Under the pieces are notes generated by a model. The model had not been told where the DNA came from. It did not search any database and was given only the letters and a program-made list of their open reading frames with translations. The translations under genes and the position numbers were made by a program. Shown here one piece after another: positions 1 through 13,296 of a stretch of DNA of 64,000 bases (positions are counted from its first letter, which is position 1; each line of letters starts with the position of its first letter). The stretch lies in contig NC_092675.1 in assembly GCF_964355755.1 (NCBI RefSeq), positions 13,860,912 to 13,924,911 on the forward strand. Reading direction: 5' to 3'. The DNA comes from Antedon mediterranea (Eukaryota; Animalia; Echinodermata).

Positions 1-3
1 ATC

Positions 4-80
4 AAAGTGCTTAAAATCACATTATAAACCGTTTTAGACCATTTTGAGCATTTCGATAACACTTTTCACACAAAAACATC
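4..80 (+). repeat. Representative monomer B (77 bp)
   Basis: AAAGTGCTTAAAATCACATTATAAACCGTTTTAGACCATTTTGAGCATTTCGATAACACTTTTCACACAAAAACATC. It aligns to A with a 10-bp gap near the start and a 1-bp gap in the tail. Confidence 0.97.
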
Positions 81-167
81 AAAGAGCACAAAATAGCTTA
101 ATATCGTATTTAAAAACGTTTTAGACCATTTTGAGCATTTAGACAAAACTTTTTCACACAAAACACC
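81..167 (+). repeat. Representative monomer C (87 bp), almost always directly after B
   Basis: AAAGAGCACAAAATAGCTTAATATCGTATTTAAAAACGTTTTAGACCATTTTGAGCATTTAGACAAAACTTTTTCACACAAAACACC. It starts at 81 and the next monomer starts at 168. Confidence 0.97.
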
Positions 168-255
168 AAAGTGCTTAGAATAGCTTCAAATCGCATTTGG
201 AGACGTTTTAGACCATTTTGTGATTTTTGAAAAAACTTGTTAACATAAAAACACC
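168..255 (+). repeat. Representative monomer A (88 bp), the most abundant unit
   Basis: Consensus AAAGTGCTTAGAATAGCTTCAAATCGCATTTGGAGACGTTTTAGACCATTTTGTGATTTTCGAAAAAACTTGTTAACATAAAAACACC. Successive starts at 168, 256, 344 and 432 are 88 bp apart. Confidence 0.97.
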
Positions 256-1198
256 AAAGTGCTTAGAATAGCTTCAAATCACATTTGGAGACGTTTTAGA
301 CCATTTTGTGATTTTCGAAAAAACTTGTTAACATAAAAACACGAAAGTGCTTAGAATAGCTTCAAATCGCATTTGGAAACGTTTTAGACCATTTTGTGAT
401 TTTCGAAAAAACTTGTTAACATAAAAACACGAAAGTGCTTAGAATCACATTATAAACCGTTTTAGACCATTTTGAGCATTTCGATAACAATTTTCACACA
501 AAAACATCAAAGAGCACAAAATAGCTTAATATCGTATTTAAAAATGTTTTAGACCATTTTGAGCATTTAGATAAAACTTTTTCACACAAAACACCAAAGT
601 GTTTAGAATAGCTTCAAATCGCATTTGGAGACGTTTTAGACCATTTTGTGATTTTTGAAAAAACTTGTTAACATAAAAACACCAAAGTGCTTAGAATAGC
701 TTCAAATCACATTTGGAGATGTTTTAGACCATTTTGTGATTTTTGAAAAAACTTGTTAACATAAAAACACGAAAGTGCTTAGAATAGCTTCAAATCACAT
801 TTGGAGACGTTTTAGACCATTTTGTGATTTTTGAAAAAACTTGTTAACATAAAAACACGAAAGTGCTTAGAATAGCTTCAAATCGCATTTGGAAACGTTT
901 TAGACCATTTTGCGATTTTCGAAAAAGATTGTTAACATAAAAACACCAATGTGCTTAGAATCACATTATAAACCGTTTTAGACCATTTTGAGCATTTCGA
1001 TAACAATTTTCACACAAAAACATCAAAGAGCACAAAATAACTTAATATCGTATTTATAAATGTTTTAGACCATTTTGAGCATTTCGACAAAACTTTTTCA
1101 CACAAAACACCAAAGTGCTTAGAATAGCTTCAAATCGCATTTGGAGACGTTTTAGACCATTTTGTGATTTCGATGAAACTTGATTACACAAAAACATC

Positions 1199-3940
1199 AA
1201 AGTGCTTAAAATCACATTATAAACCGTTTTAGACCATTTTGAGCATTTCGATAACACTTTTCACACAAAAACATCAAAGAGCAAAAAATAGCTTATTATC
1301 GTATTTAAAAACGTTTTAGACCATTTTGAGCATTTAGACAAAACTTTTTCACACAAAACACCAAAGTGCTTAGAATAGCTTCAAATCGCATTTGGAGACG
1401 TTTTAGAACATTTTGTGTTTTTTGAAAAAAACTGTTAACATAAAAACACCAAAGTGCTTAGAATAGCTTCAAATCGCATTTGGAGACGTTTTAGAACATT
1501 TTGTGTTCTTCGAAAAAACTTGTTACCATAAAAACACCAAAGTGCTTAGAATAGCTTCAAATCGCATTTGGAGACGTTTTAGACCATTTTGTGATTTTTG
1601 AAAAAACTTGTTAACATAAAAACACCAAAGTGCTTAGAATAGCTTCAAATCACATTTGGAGACGTTTTAGACCATTTTGTGATTTTCGAAAAAACTTGTT
1701 AACATAAAAACACCAAAGTGCTTAGAATAGCGTCAAATCGTATTTGGAGACGTTTTAGACCATTTTGTGATTTTCGAAAAAACTTGTTAACATAAAAACA
1801 CCAAAGTGCTTAGAATAGCTTCAAATCGCATTTGGAGACGGTTTAGACCATTTTATGATTTTGAAAAAACTTGTTAACATAAAAACACCAAAGTGCTTAG
1901 AATAGCTTCAAATCGCATTTGGAGACGTTTTAGACCATTTTGTGATTTTCGAAAAAACTTGTTAACATAAAAACACCAAAGTGCTTAGAATAGCTTCCAA
2001 TCGTATTTGGAGACGTTTTAGACCATTTTGAGATTTTCGAAAAAACTTGGTTACACAAAAACATCAAAGTGCTTAAAATCACATTATAAACCGTTTTAGA
2101 CCATTTTGAGCATTTCGATAACACTTTTCACACAAAAACATCAAAGAGCACAAAATAGCTTAATATCGTATTTAAAAACGTTTTAGACCATTTTGAGCAT
2201 TTCGACAAAACTTTTTCACACAAAACACCAAAGTGCTTAGAATAGCTTCAAATCGCATTTGGAGACGTTTTAGACCAATTTGTGCATTTCGATGAAACTT
2301 GATTACACAAAAACATCAAAGTGCTTAAAATCACATCATAAACCGTTTTAGACCATTTTGAGCATTTCGATAACACTTTTCACACAAAAACATCAAAGAG
2401 CACAAAATAGCTTAATATCGTATTTAAAAACGTTTTAGACCATTTTGAGCATTTCGACAAAACTTTTTCACACAAAACACCAAAGTGCTTAGAATAGCTT
2501 CAAATCGCATTTGGAGACGTTTTAGACCAATTTGTGCATTTCGATGAAACTTGATTACACAAAAACATCAAAGTGCTTAAAATCACATTATAAACCGTTT
2601 TAGACCATTTTGAGCATTTCGATAACACTTTTCACACAAAAACATCAAAGAGCAAAAAATAGCTTATTATCGTATTTAAAAACGTTTTAGACCATTTTGA
2701 GCATTTAGACAAAACTTTTTCACACAAAACACCAAAGTGCTTAGAATAGCTTCAAATCGCATTTGGAGACGTTTTAGAACATTTTGTGTTTTTCGAAAAA
2801 AACTGTTAACATAAAAACACCAAAGTGCTTAGAATAGCTTCAAATCGCATTTGGAGACGTTTTAGAACATTTTGTGTTCTTCGAAAAAACTTGTTACCAT
2901 AAAAACACCAAAGTGCTTAGAATAGCTTCAAATCGCATTTGGAGACGTTTTAGACCATTTTGTGATTTTTGAAAAAACTTGTTAACATAAAAACACCAAA
3001 GTGCTTAGAATAGCTTCAAATCACATTTGGAGACGTTTTAGACCATTTTGTGATTTTCGAAAAAACTTGTTAACATAAAAACACCAAAGTGCTTAGAATA
3101 GCGTCAAATCGTATTTGGAGACGTTTTAGACCATTTTGTGATTTTCGAAAAAACTTGTTAACATAAAAACACCAAAGTGCTTAGAATAGCTTCAAATCGC
3201 ATTTGGAGACGGTTTAGACCATTTTATGATTTTGAAAAAACTTGTTAACATAAAAACACCAAAGTGCTTAGAATAGCTTCAAATCGCATTTGGAGACGTT
3301 TTAGACCATTTTGTGATTTTCGAAAAAACTTGTTAACATAAAAACACCAAAGTGCTTAGAATAGCTTCAAATCGTATTTGGAGACGTTTTAGACCATTTT
3401 GAGATTTTCGAAAAAACTTGGTTACACAAAAACATCAAAGTGCTTAAAATCACATTATAAACCGTTTTAGACCATTTTGAGCATTTCGATAACACTTTTC
3501 ACACAAAAACATCAAAGAGCACAAAATAGCTTAATATCGTATTTAAAAACGTTTTAGACCATTTTGAGCATTTCGACAAAACTTTTTCACACAAAACACC
3601 AAAGTGCTTAGAATAGCTTCAAATCGCATTTGGAGACGTTTTAGACCAATTTGTGCATTTCGATGAAACTTGATTACACAAAAACATCAAAGTGCTTAAA
3701 ATCACATCATAAACCGTTTTAGACCATTTTGAGCATTTCGATAACACTTTTCACACAAAAACATCAAAGAGCACAAAATAGCTTAATATCGTATTTAAAA
3801 ACGTTTTAGACCATTTTGAGCATTTCGACAAAACTTTTTCACACAAAACACCAAAGTGCTTAGAATAGCTTCAAATCGCATTTGGAGACGTTTTAGACCA
3901 ATTTGTGCATTTCGATGAAACTTGATTACACAAAAACATC
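1199..3940 (+). repeat. Tandem duplication of a 1371-bp, 16-monomer block (1199-2569 and 2570-3940)
   Basis: Private variants repeat at +1371, including GAGCAAAAAATAGCTTATTATC (about 1281 and 2652), GTTCTTCG...GTTACCAT and AGCGTCAAATCGT. Confidence 0.9.
2066..2569 (+). repeat. Two tandem copies of the minimal 252-bp B-C-A' trimer
   Basis: B starts at 2066, 2318 and 2570, a spacing of 252 = 77+87+88. A' carries the tail GTGCATTTCGATGAAACTTGATTACACAAAAACATC. Confidence 0.93.
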
Positions 3941-6900
3941 AAAGTGCTTAAAATCACATTATAAACCGTTTTAGACCATTTTGAGCATTTCGATAACACT
4001 TTTCACACAAAAACATCAAAGTGCTTAAAATCACATTATAAACCGTTTTAGACCATTTTGAGCATTTCGATAACACTTTTCACACAAAAACATCAAAGAG
4101 CACAAAATTGCTTAATATCGTATTTAAAAACGTTTTAGACCATTTTGAGCATTTCGACAAAACTTTTTCACACAAAACACCAAAGTGCTTAGAATAGCTT
4201 CAAATCGCATTTGGAGACGTTTTAGACCAATTTGTGCATTTCGATGAAACTTGATTACACAAAAACATCAAAGTGCTTAAAATCACATCATAAACCGTTT
4301 TAGACCATTTTGAGCATTTCGATAACACTTTTCACACAAAAACATCAAAGAGCACAAAATAGCTTAATATCGTATTTAAAAACGTTTTAGACCATTTTGA
4401 GCATTTCGACAAAACTTTTTCACACAAAACACCAAAGTGCTTAGAATAGCTTCAAATCGCATTTGGAGACGTTTTAGACCAATTTGTGCATTTCGATGAA
4501 ACTTGATTACACAAAAACATCAAAGTGCTTAAAATCACATTATAAACCGTTTTAGACCATTTTGAGCATTTCGATAACACTTTTCACACAAAAACATCAA
4601 AGAGCACAAAATAGCTTAATATCGTATTTAAAAACGTTTTAGACCATTTTGAGCATTTAGACAAAACTTTTTCACACAAAACACCAAAGTGCTTAGAATA
4701 GCTTCAAATCGCATTTGGAGACGTTTTAGACCATTTTGTGATTTTTGAAAAAACTTGTTAACATAAAAACACCAAAGTGCTTAGAATAGCTTCAAATCAC
4801 ATTTGGAGACGTTTTAGACCATTTTGTGATTTTCGAAAAAACTTGTTAACATAAAAACACGAAAGTGCTTAGAATAGCTTCAAATCGCATTTGGAAACGT
4901 TTTAGACCATTTTGTGATTTTCGAAAAAACTTGTTAACATAAAAACACGAAAGTGCTTAGAATCACATTATAAACCGTTTTAGACCATTTTGAGCATTTC
5001 GATAACAATTTTCACACAAAAACATCAAAGAGCACAAAATAGCTTAATATCGTATTTAAAAATGTTTTAGACCATTTTGAGCATTTAGATAAAACTTTTT
5101 CACACAAAACACCAAAGTGCTTAGAATAGCTTCAAATCGCATTTGGAGACGTTTTAGACCATTTTGTGATTTTTGAAAAAACTTGTTAACATAAAAAATC
5201 CAAAGTGCTTAGAATAGCTTCAAATCACATTTGGAGATGTTTTAGACCATTTTGTGATTTTTGAAAAAACTTGTTAACATAAAAACACGAAAGTGCTTAG
5301 AATAGCTTCAAATCACATTTGGAGACGTTTTAGACCATTTTGTGATTTTTGAAAAAACTTGTTAACATAAAAACACGAAAGTGCTTAGAATAGCTTCAAA
5401 TCGCATTTGGAAACGTTTTAGACCATTTTGTGATTTTCGAAAAAGATTGTTAACATAAAAACACCAATGTGCTTAGAATCACATTATAAACCGTTTTAGA
5501 CCATTTTGAGCATTTCGATAACAATTTTCACAAAAAAACATCAAAGAGCACAAAATAACTTAATATCGTATTTATAAATGTTTTAGACCATTTTGAGCAT
5601 TTCGACAAAACTTTTTCACACAAAACACCAAAGTGCTTAGAATAGCTTCAAATCGCATTTGGAGACGTTTTAGACCATTTTGTGATTTCGATGAAACTTG
5701 ATTACACAAAAACATCAAAGTGCTTAAAATCACATTATAAACCGTTTTAGACCATTTTGAGCATTTCGATAACACTTTTCACACAAAAACATCAAAAAGC
5801 AAAAAATAGCTTAATATCGTATTTAAAAACGTTTTAGACCATTTTGAGCATTTAGACAAAACTTTTTCACACAAAACACCAAAGTGCTTAGAATAGCTTC
5901 AAATCGCATTTGGAGACGTTTTAGAACATTTTGTGTTTTTCGAAAAAAACTGTTAACATAAAAACACCAAAGTGCTTAGAATAGCTTCAAATCGCATTTG
6001 GAGACGTTTTAGAACATTTTGTGTTCTTCGAAAAAACCTGTTAACATAAAAACACCAAAGTGCTTAGAATAGCTTCAAATCGCATTTGGAGACGTTTTAG
6101 ACCATTTTGTGATTTTTGAAAAAACTTGTTAACATAAAAACACCAAAGTGCTTAGAATAGCTTCAAATCACATTTGGAGACGTTTTAGACCATTTTGTGA
6201 TTTTCGAAAAAACTTGTTAACATAAAAACACCAAAGTGCTTAGAATAGCGTCAAATCGTATTTGGAGACGTTTTAGACCATTTTGTGATTTTCGAAAAAA
6301 CTTGTTAACATAAAAACACCAAAGTGCTTAGAATAGCTTCAAATCGCATTTGGAGACGGTTTAGACCATTTTATGATTTTGAAAAAACTTGTTAACATAA
6401 AAACACCAAAGTGCTTAGAATAGCTTCAAATCGCATTTGGAGACGTTTTAGACCATTTTGTGATTTTCGAAAAAACTTGTTAACATAAAAACACCAAAGT
6501 GCTTAGAATAGCTTCAAATCGTATTTGGAGACGTTTTAGACCATTTTGAGATTTTCGAAAAAACTTGGTTACACAAAAACATCAAAGTGCTTAAAATCAC
6601 ATTATAAACCGTTTTAGACCATTTTGAGCATTTCGATAACACTTTTCACACAAAAACATCAAAGAGCACAAAATAGCTTAATATCGTATTTAAAAACGTT
6701 TTAGTCCATTTTGAGCATTTCGACAAAACTTTTTCACACAAAACACCAAAGTGCTTAGAATAGCTTCAAATCGCATTTGGAGACGTTTTAGACCAATTTG
6801 TGCATTTCGATGAAACTTGATTACACAAAAACATCAAAGTGCTTAAAATCACATTATAAACCGTTTTAGACCATTTTGAGCATTTCGATAACACTTTTCA

Positions 6901-9900
6901 CACAAAAACATCAAAGAGCACAAAATAGCTTAATATCGTATTTAAAAACGTTTTAGACCATTTTGAGCATTTCGACAAAACTTTTTCACACAAAACACCA
7001 AAGTGCTTAGAATAGCTTCAAATCGCATTTGGAGACGTTTTAGACCAATTTGTGCATTTCGATGAAACTTGATTACACAAAAACATCAAAGTGCTTAAAA
7101 TCACATTATAAACCGTTTTAGACCATTTTGAGCATTTCGATAACACTTTTCACACAAAAACATCAAAGAGCACAAAATAGCTTAATATCGTATTTAAAAA
7201 CGTTTTAGACCATTTTGAGCATTTAGACAAAACTTTTTCACACAAAACACCAAAGTGCTTAGAATAGCTTCAAATCGCATTTGGAGACGTTTTAGACCAT
7301 TTTGTGATTTTTGAAAAAACTTGTTAACATAAAAACACCAAAGTGCTTAGAATAGCTTCAAATCACATTTGGAGACGTTTTAGACCATTTTGTGATTTTC
7401 GAAAAAACTTGTTAACATAAAAACACGAAAGTGCTTAGAATAGCTTCAAATCGCATTTGGAAACGTTTTAGACCATTTTGTGATTTTCGAAAAAACTTGT
7501 TAACATAAAAACACGAAAGTGCTTAGAATCACATTATAAACCGTTTTAGACCATTTTGAGCATTTCGATAACAATTTTCACACAAAAACATCAAAGAGCA
7601 CAAAATAGCTTAATATCGTATTTAAAAATGTTTTAGACCATTTTGAGCATTTAGATAAAACTTTTTCACACAAAACACCAAAGTGCTTAGAATAGCTTCA
7701 AATCGCATTTGGAGACGTTTTAGACCATTTTGTGATTTTTGAAAAAACTTGTTAACATAAAAACACCAAAGTGCTTAGAATAGCTTCAAATCACATTTGG
7801 AGATGTTTTAGACCATTTTGTGATTTTTGAAAAAACTTTTTAACATAAAAACACGAAAGTGCTTAGAATAGCTTCAAATCGCATTTGGAAACGTTTTAGA
7901 CCATTTTGTGATTTTCGAAAAAGATTGTTAACATAAAAACACCAATGTGCTTAGAATCACATTATAAACCGTTTTAGACCATTTTGAGCATTTCGATAAC
8001 AATTTTCACACAAAAACATCAAAGAGCACAAAATAGCTTAACATCGTATTTATAAATGTTTTAGACCATTTTGAGCATTTAGATAAAACTTTTTCACACA
8101 AAACACCAAAGTGCTTAGAATAGCTTCAAATCGCATTTGGAGACGTTTTAGACCATTTTGTGATTTTTGAAAAAACTTGTTAACATAAAAACACCAAAGT
8201 GCTTAGAATAGCTTCAAATCACATTTGGAGATGTTTTAGACCATTTTGTGATTTTTGAAAAAACTTGTTAACATAAAAACACGAAAGTGCTTAGAATAGC
8301 TTCAAATCGCATTTGGAAACGTTTTAGACCATTTTGTGATTTTCGAAAAAGATTGTTAACATAAAAACACCAATGTGCTTAGAATCACATTATAAACCGT
8401 TTTAGACCATTTTGAGCATTTCGATAACAATTTTCACACAAAAACATCAAAGAGCACAAAATAGCTTAACATCGTATTTATAAATGTTTTAGACCATTTT
8501 GAGCATTTCGACAAAACTTTTTCACACAAAACACCAAAGTGCTTAGAATAGCTTCAAATCGCATTTGGAGACGTTTTTTATACCATTTTGTGATTTCGAT
8601 GAAACTTGATTACACAAAAACATCAAAGTGCTTAAAATCACATTATAAACCGTTTTAGACCATTTTGAGCATTTCGATAACACTTTTCACACAAAAACAT
8701 CAAAGAGCACAAAATAGCTTAATATCGTATTTAAAAACGTTTTAGACCATTTTGAGCATTTAGACAAAACTTTTTCACACAAAAACCCAAAGTGCTTAGA
8801 ATAGCTTCAAATCGCATTTGGAGACGTTTTAGAACATTTTGTGTTTTTCGAAAAAAACTGTTAACATAAAAACACCAAAGTGCTTAGAATAGCTTCAAAT
8901 CGCATTTGGAGACGTTTTAGAACATTTTGTGTTCTTCGAAAAAACCTGTTAACATAAAAACACCAAAGTGCTTAGAATAGCTTCAAATCGCATTTGGAGA
9001 CGTTTTAGACCATTTTGTGATTTTTAAAAAAACTTGTTAACATAAAAACACCAAAGTGCTTAGAATAGCTTCAAATCACATTTGGAGACGTTTTAGACCA
9101 TTTTGTGATTTTCGAAAAAACTTGTTAACATAAAAACACGAAAGTGCTTAGAATAGCTTCAAATCGTATTTGGAGACGTTTTAGACCATTTTGAGATTTT
9201 CGAAAAAACTTGGTTACACAAAAACATCAAAGTGCTTAAAATCACATTATAAACCGTTTTAGACCATTTTGAGCATTTCGATAACACTTTTCACACAAAA
9301 ACATCAAAGAGCACAAAATAGCTTAATATCGTATTTAAAAACGTTTTAGACCATTTTGAGCATTTAGACAAAACTTTTTCACACAAAACACCAAAGTGCT
9401 TAGAATAGCTTCAAATCGCATTTGGAGACGTTTTAGACCATTTTGTGCATTTCGATGGAACTTGGTTACACAAAAACATCAAAGTGCTTAAAATCACATT
9501 ATAAATCGTTTTAGACCATTTTGAGCATTTCGACAAAACTTTTTCACACAAAATACAAAAGTGCTTAGAATAGCTTCAAATCGCATTTGGAGACGTTTGA
9601 GACCATTTTGTGATTTTCGAAAAAACTTTTTAACATAAAAACACCAAAGTGCTTAGAATAGCTTCAAATCACATTTGGAGACGTTTTAGACCATTTTGTG
9701 ATTTTCGAAAAAACTTGTTAACATAAAAACACGAAAGTGCTTAGAATAGCTTCAAATCGCATTTAGAAACGTTTTAGACCATTTTGTGATTTTCGAAAAA
9801 AATTGTTAACATAAAAACACCAAAGTGCTAAGAATCACATTATAAACCGTTTTAGATCATTTTGAGCATTTCGATAACAATTTTCACACAAAAACATCAA

Positions 9901-12900
9901 AGAGCACAAAATAGCTTAATATCGTATTTAAAAATGTTTTAGACCATTTTGAGCATTTAGATAAAACTTTTTCACACAAAACACCAAAGTGCTTAGAATA
10001 GCTTCAAATCGCATTTGGAGACGTTTTAGACCAATTTTTGATTTTTGAAAAAACTTGTTAACATAAAAACACCAAAGTGCTTAGAATAGCTTCAAATCAC
10101 ATTTGGAGACGTTTTAGACCATTTTGTGATTTTGAACAAACTTGTTAACATAAAAACACCAAAGTGCTTAGAATAGCTTCAAATCGCATTTGGAGACGTT
10201 TTAGACCATTTTGTGATTTTCGAAAAAACTTGTTAACATAAAAACACCAAAGTGCTTAGAATAGCTTCAAATCGTATTTGGAGACGTTTTAGACCATTTT
10301 GAGATTTTCGAAAAAACTTGGTTACACAAAAACATCAAAGTGCTTAAAATCACATTATAAACCGTTTTAGACCATTTTGAGCATTTCGATAACACTTTTC
10401 ACACAAAAATATCAAAGAGCACAAAATAGCTTAATATCGTATTTAAAAACGTTTTAGACCATTTTGAGCATTTCGACAAAACTTTTTTACACAAAACACC
10501 AAAGTGCTTAGAATAGCTTAAAATCGCATTTGGAGACGTTTTAGACCAATTTGTGCATTTCGATGAAACTTGATTACACAAAAACATCAAAGTGCTTAAA
10601 ATCACATTATAAACCGTTTTAGACCATTTTGAGCATTTCGATAACACTTTTCACACAAAAACATCAAAGAGCACAAAATAGCTTAATATCGTATTTAAAA
10701 ACGTTTTAGACCATTTTGAGCATTTAGACAAAACTTTTTCACACAAAACACCAAAGTTCTTAGAATAGCTTCAAATCGCATTTGGAGACGTTTTAGACCA
10801 TTTTGTTCATTTCGATGAAACTTGGTTACACAAAAACATCAAAGTGCTTAAAATCACATTATAAATCGTTTTAGACCAGTTTGAGCATTTCGACAAAACT
10901 TTTTCACACAAAATACCAAAGTGCTTAGAATAGCTTCAAATCGCATTTCGAGACGTTTTAGACCATTTTGTGATTTTCGAAAAAACTTTTTAACATAAAA
11001 ACACCAAAGTGCTTAGAATAGCTTCAAATCACATTTGGAGACATTTTAGACCATTTTGTGATTTTCGAAAAAACTTGTTAACATAAAAACACGAAAGTGC
11101 TTAGAATAGCTTCAAATCGCATTTGGAAACGTTTTAGACCATTTTGTGATTTTCGAAAAAAATTGTTAACATAAAAACACCAAAGTGCTTAGAATCACAT
11201 TATAAACCGTTTTAGACCATTTTGAGCATTTCGATAACAATTTTCACACAAAAACATCAAAGAGCACAAAATAGCTTAATATCGTATTTAAAAATGTTTT
11301 AGACCATTTTGAGCATTTAGATAAAACTTTTTCACACAAAACACCAAAGTGCTTAGAATAGCTTCAAATCGCATTTGGAGACGTTTTAGACCATTTTGTG
11401 ATTTTTGAAAAAAACTTGTTAACATAAAAACACCAAAGTGCTTAGAATAGCTTCAAATCACATTTGGAGACGTTTTAGACCATTTTGTGATTTTCGAAAA
11501 AAACTTTTTAACATAAAAACACCAAAGTGCTTAGAATAGCTTCAAATCACATTTGGAGACGTTTTAGACCATTTTGTGATTTTTGAAAAAACTTGTTAAC
11601 ATAAAAACACGAAAGTGCTTAGAATAGCTTCAAATCGCATTTGGAAACGTTTTAAACCATTTTGTGATTTTCGAAAAAGATTGTTAACATAAAAACACCA
11701 AAGTGCTTAGAATCACATTATAAACCGTTTTAGACCATTTTGAGCATTTCGATAACAATTTTCACACAAAAACATCAAAGAGCACAAAATAGCTTAATAT
11801 CGTATTTAAAAATGTTTTAGACCATTTTGAGCATTTAGATAAAACTTTTTCACACAAAACACCAAAGTGCTTAGAATAGCTTCAAATCGCATTTGGAGAC
11901 GGTTTAGACCATTTTGTGATTTTGAAAAAACTTGTTAACATAAAAACACCAAAGTGCTTAGAATAGCTTCAAATCGCATTTGGAGACGTTTTAGACCATT
12001 TTGTGATTTTCGAAAAAACTTGTTAACATAAAAACACCAAAGTGCTTAGAATAGCTTCAAATCGTATTTGGAGACGTTTTAGACCATTTTGAGATTTTCG
12101 AAAAAACTTGGTTACACAAAAACATCAAAGTGCTTAAAATCACATTATAAACCGTTTTAGACCATTTTGAGAATTTCGATAACACTTTTCACACAAAAAC
12201 ATCAAAGAGCACAAAATAGCTTAATATCGTATTTAAAAACGTTTTAGACCATTTTGAGCATTTCGACAAAACTTTTTCACACAAAACACCAAAGTGCTTA
12301 GAATAGCTTCAAATCGCATTTGGAGACGTTTTAGACCAATTTGTGCATTTCGATGAAACTTGATTACACAAAAACATCAAAGTGCTTAAAATCACATTAT
12401 AAACCGTTTTAGACCATTTTGAGCATTTCGACAAAACTTTTTCACACAAAATACAAAAGTGCTTAGAATAGCTTCAAATCGCATTTGGAGACGTTTGAGA
12501 CCATTTTGTGATTTTCGAAAAAACTTTTTAACATAAAAACACCAAAGTGCTTAGAATAGCTTCAAATCACATTTGGAGACGTTTTAGACCATTTTGTGAT
12601 TTTCGAAAAAACTTGTTAACATAAAAACACGAAAGTGCTTAGAATAGCTTCAAATCGCATTTAGAAACGTTTTAGACCATTTTGTGATTTTCGAAAAAAA
12701 TTGTTAACATAAAAACACCAAAGTGCTAAGAATCACATTATAAACCGTTTTAGATCATTTTGAGCATTTCGATAACAATTTTCACACAAAAACATCAAAG
12801 AGCACAAAATAGCTTAATATCGTATTTAAAAATGTTTTAGACCATTTTGAGCATTTAGATAAAACTTTTTCACACAAAACACCAAAGTGCTTAGAATAGC

Positions 12901-13296
12901 TTCAAATCGCATTTGGAGACGTTTTAGACCAATTTTTGATTTTTCAAAAAACTTGTTAACATAAAAACACCAAAGTGCTTAGAAAAGCTTCAAATCACAT
13001 TTGGAGACGTTTTAGACCATTTTGTGATTTTGAACAAACTTGTTAACATAAAAACACCAAAGTGCTTAGAATAGCTTCAAATCGCATTTGGAGACGTTTT
13101 AGACCATTTTGTGATTTTCGAAAAAACTTGTTAACATAAAAACACCAAAGTGCTTAGAATAGCTTCAAATCGTATTTGGAGACGTTTTAGACCATTTTGA
13201 GATTTTCGAAAAAACTTGGTTACACAAAAACATCAAAGTGCTTAAAATCACATTATAAACCGTTTTAGACCATTTTGAGCATTTCGATAACACTTT

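Larger units (their letters stand above)
4..9230 (+). repeat. 2566-bp higher-order unit at 4-2569 and 4522-7087, with a rearranged third copy from 7088
   Basis: An identical spurious ORF lies at 1054 and 5572 (offset 4518). Markers GGAGATGT, AAAAGATTG, CCAATGTGC and TTTATAAATG occur in the same order in each copy. Starts 4522 and 7088 differ by 2566, as do 4 and 2570. Confidence 0.85.

Noticed and set aside
14-30. TATAAA in monomer B as a TATA box or promoter
   Set aside because: It is expected by chance in AT-rich DNA and is merely amplified with the repeat. There is no downstream gene or other supporting element.
28-46. Regularly spaced GTTTTAGACCATTTTG, resembling the ends of type II-A CRISPR repeats (GTTTTAG... 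/ ...ATGGTCCCAAAAC)
   Set aside because: The intervening sequences are not unique spacers; they belong to three homologous classes repeated hundreds of times. There is no leader and no cas gene in 64 kb.
168-255. Assignment to a known satellite family or a CENP-B box
   Set aside because: TTCG occurs, but not the full TTCG....A..CGGG motif. I do not recognise the consensus as any named family, so a database search is required.
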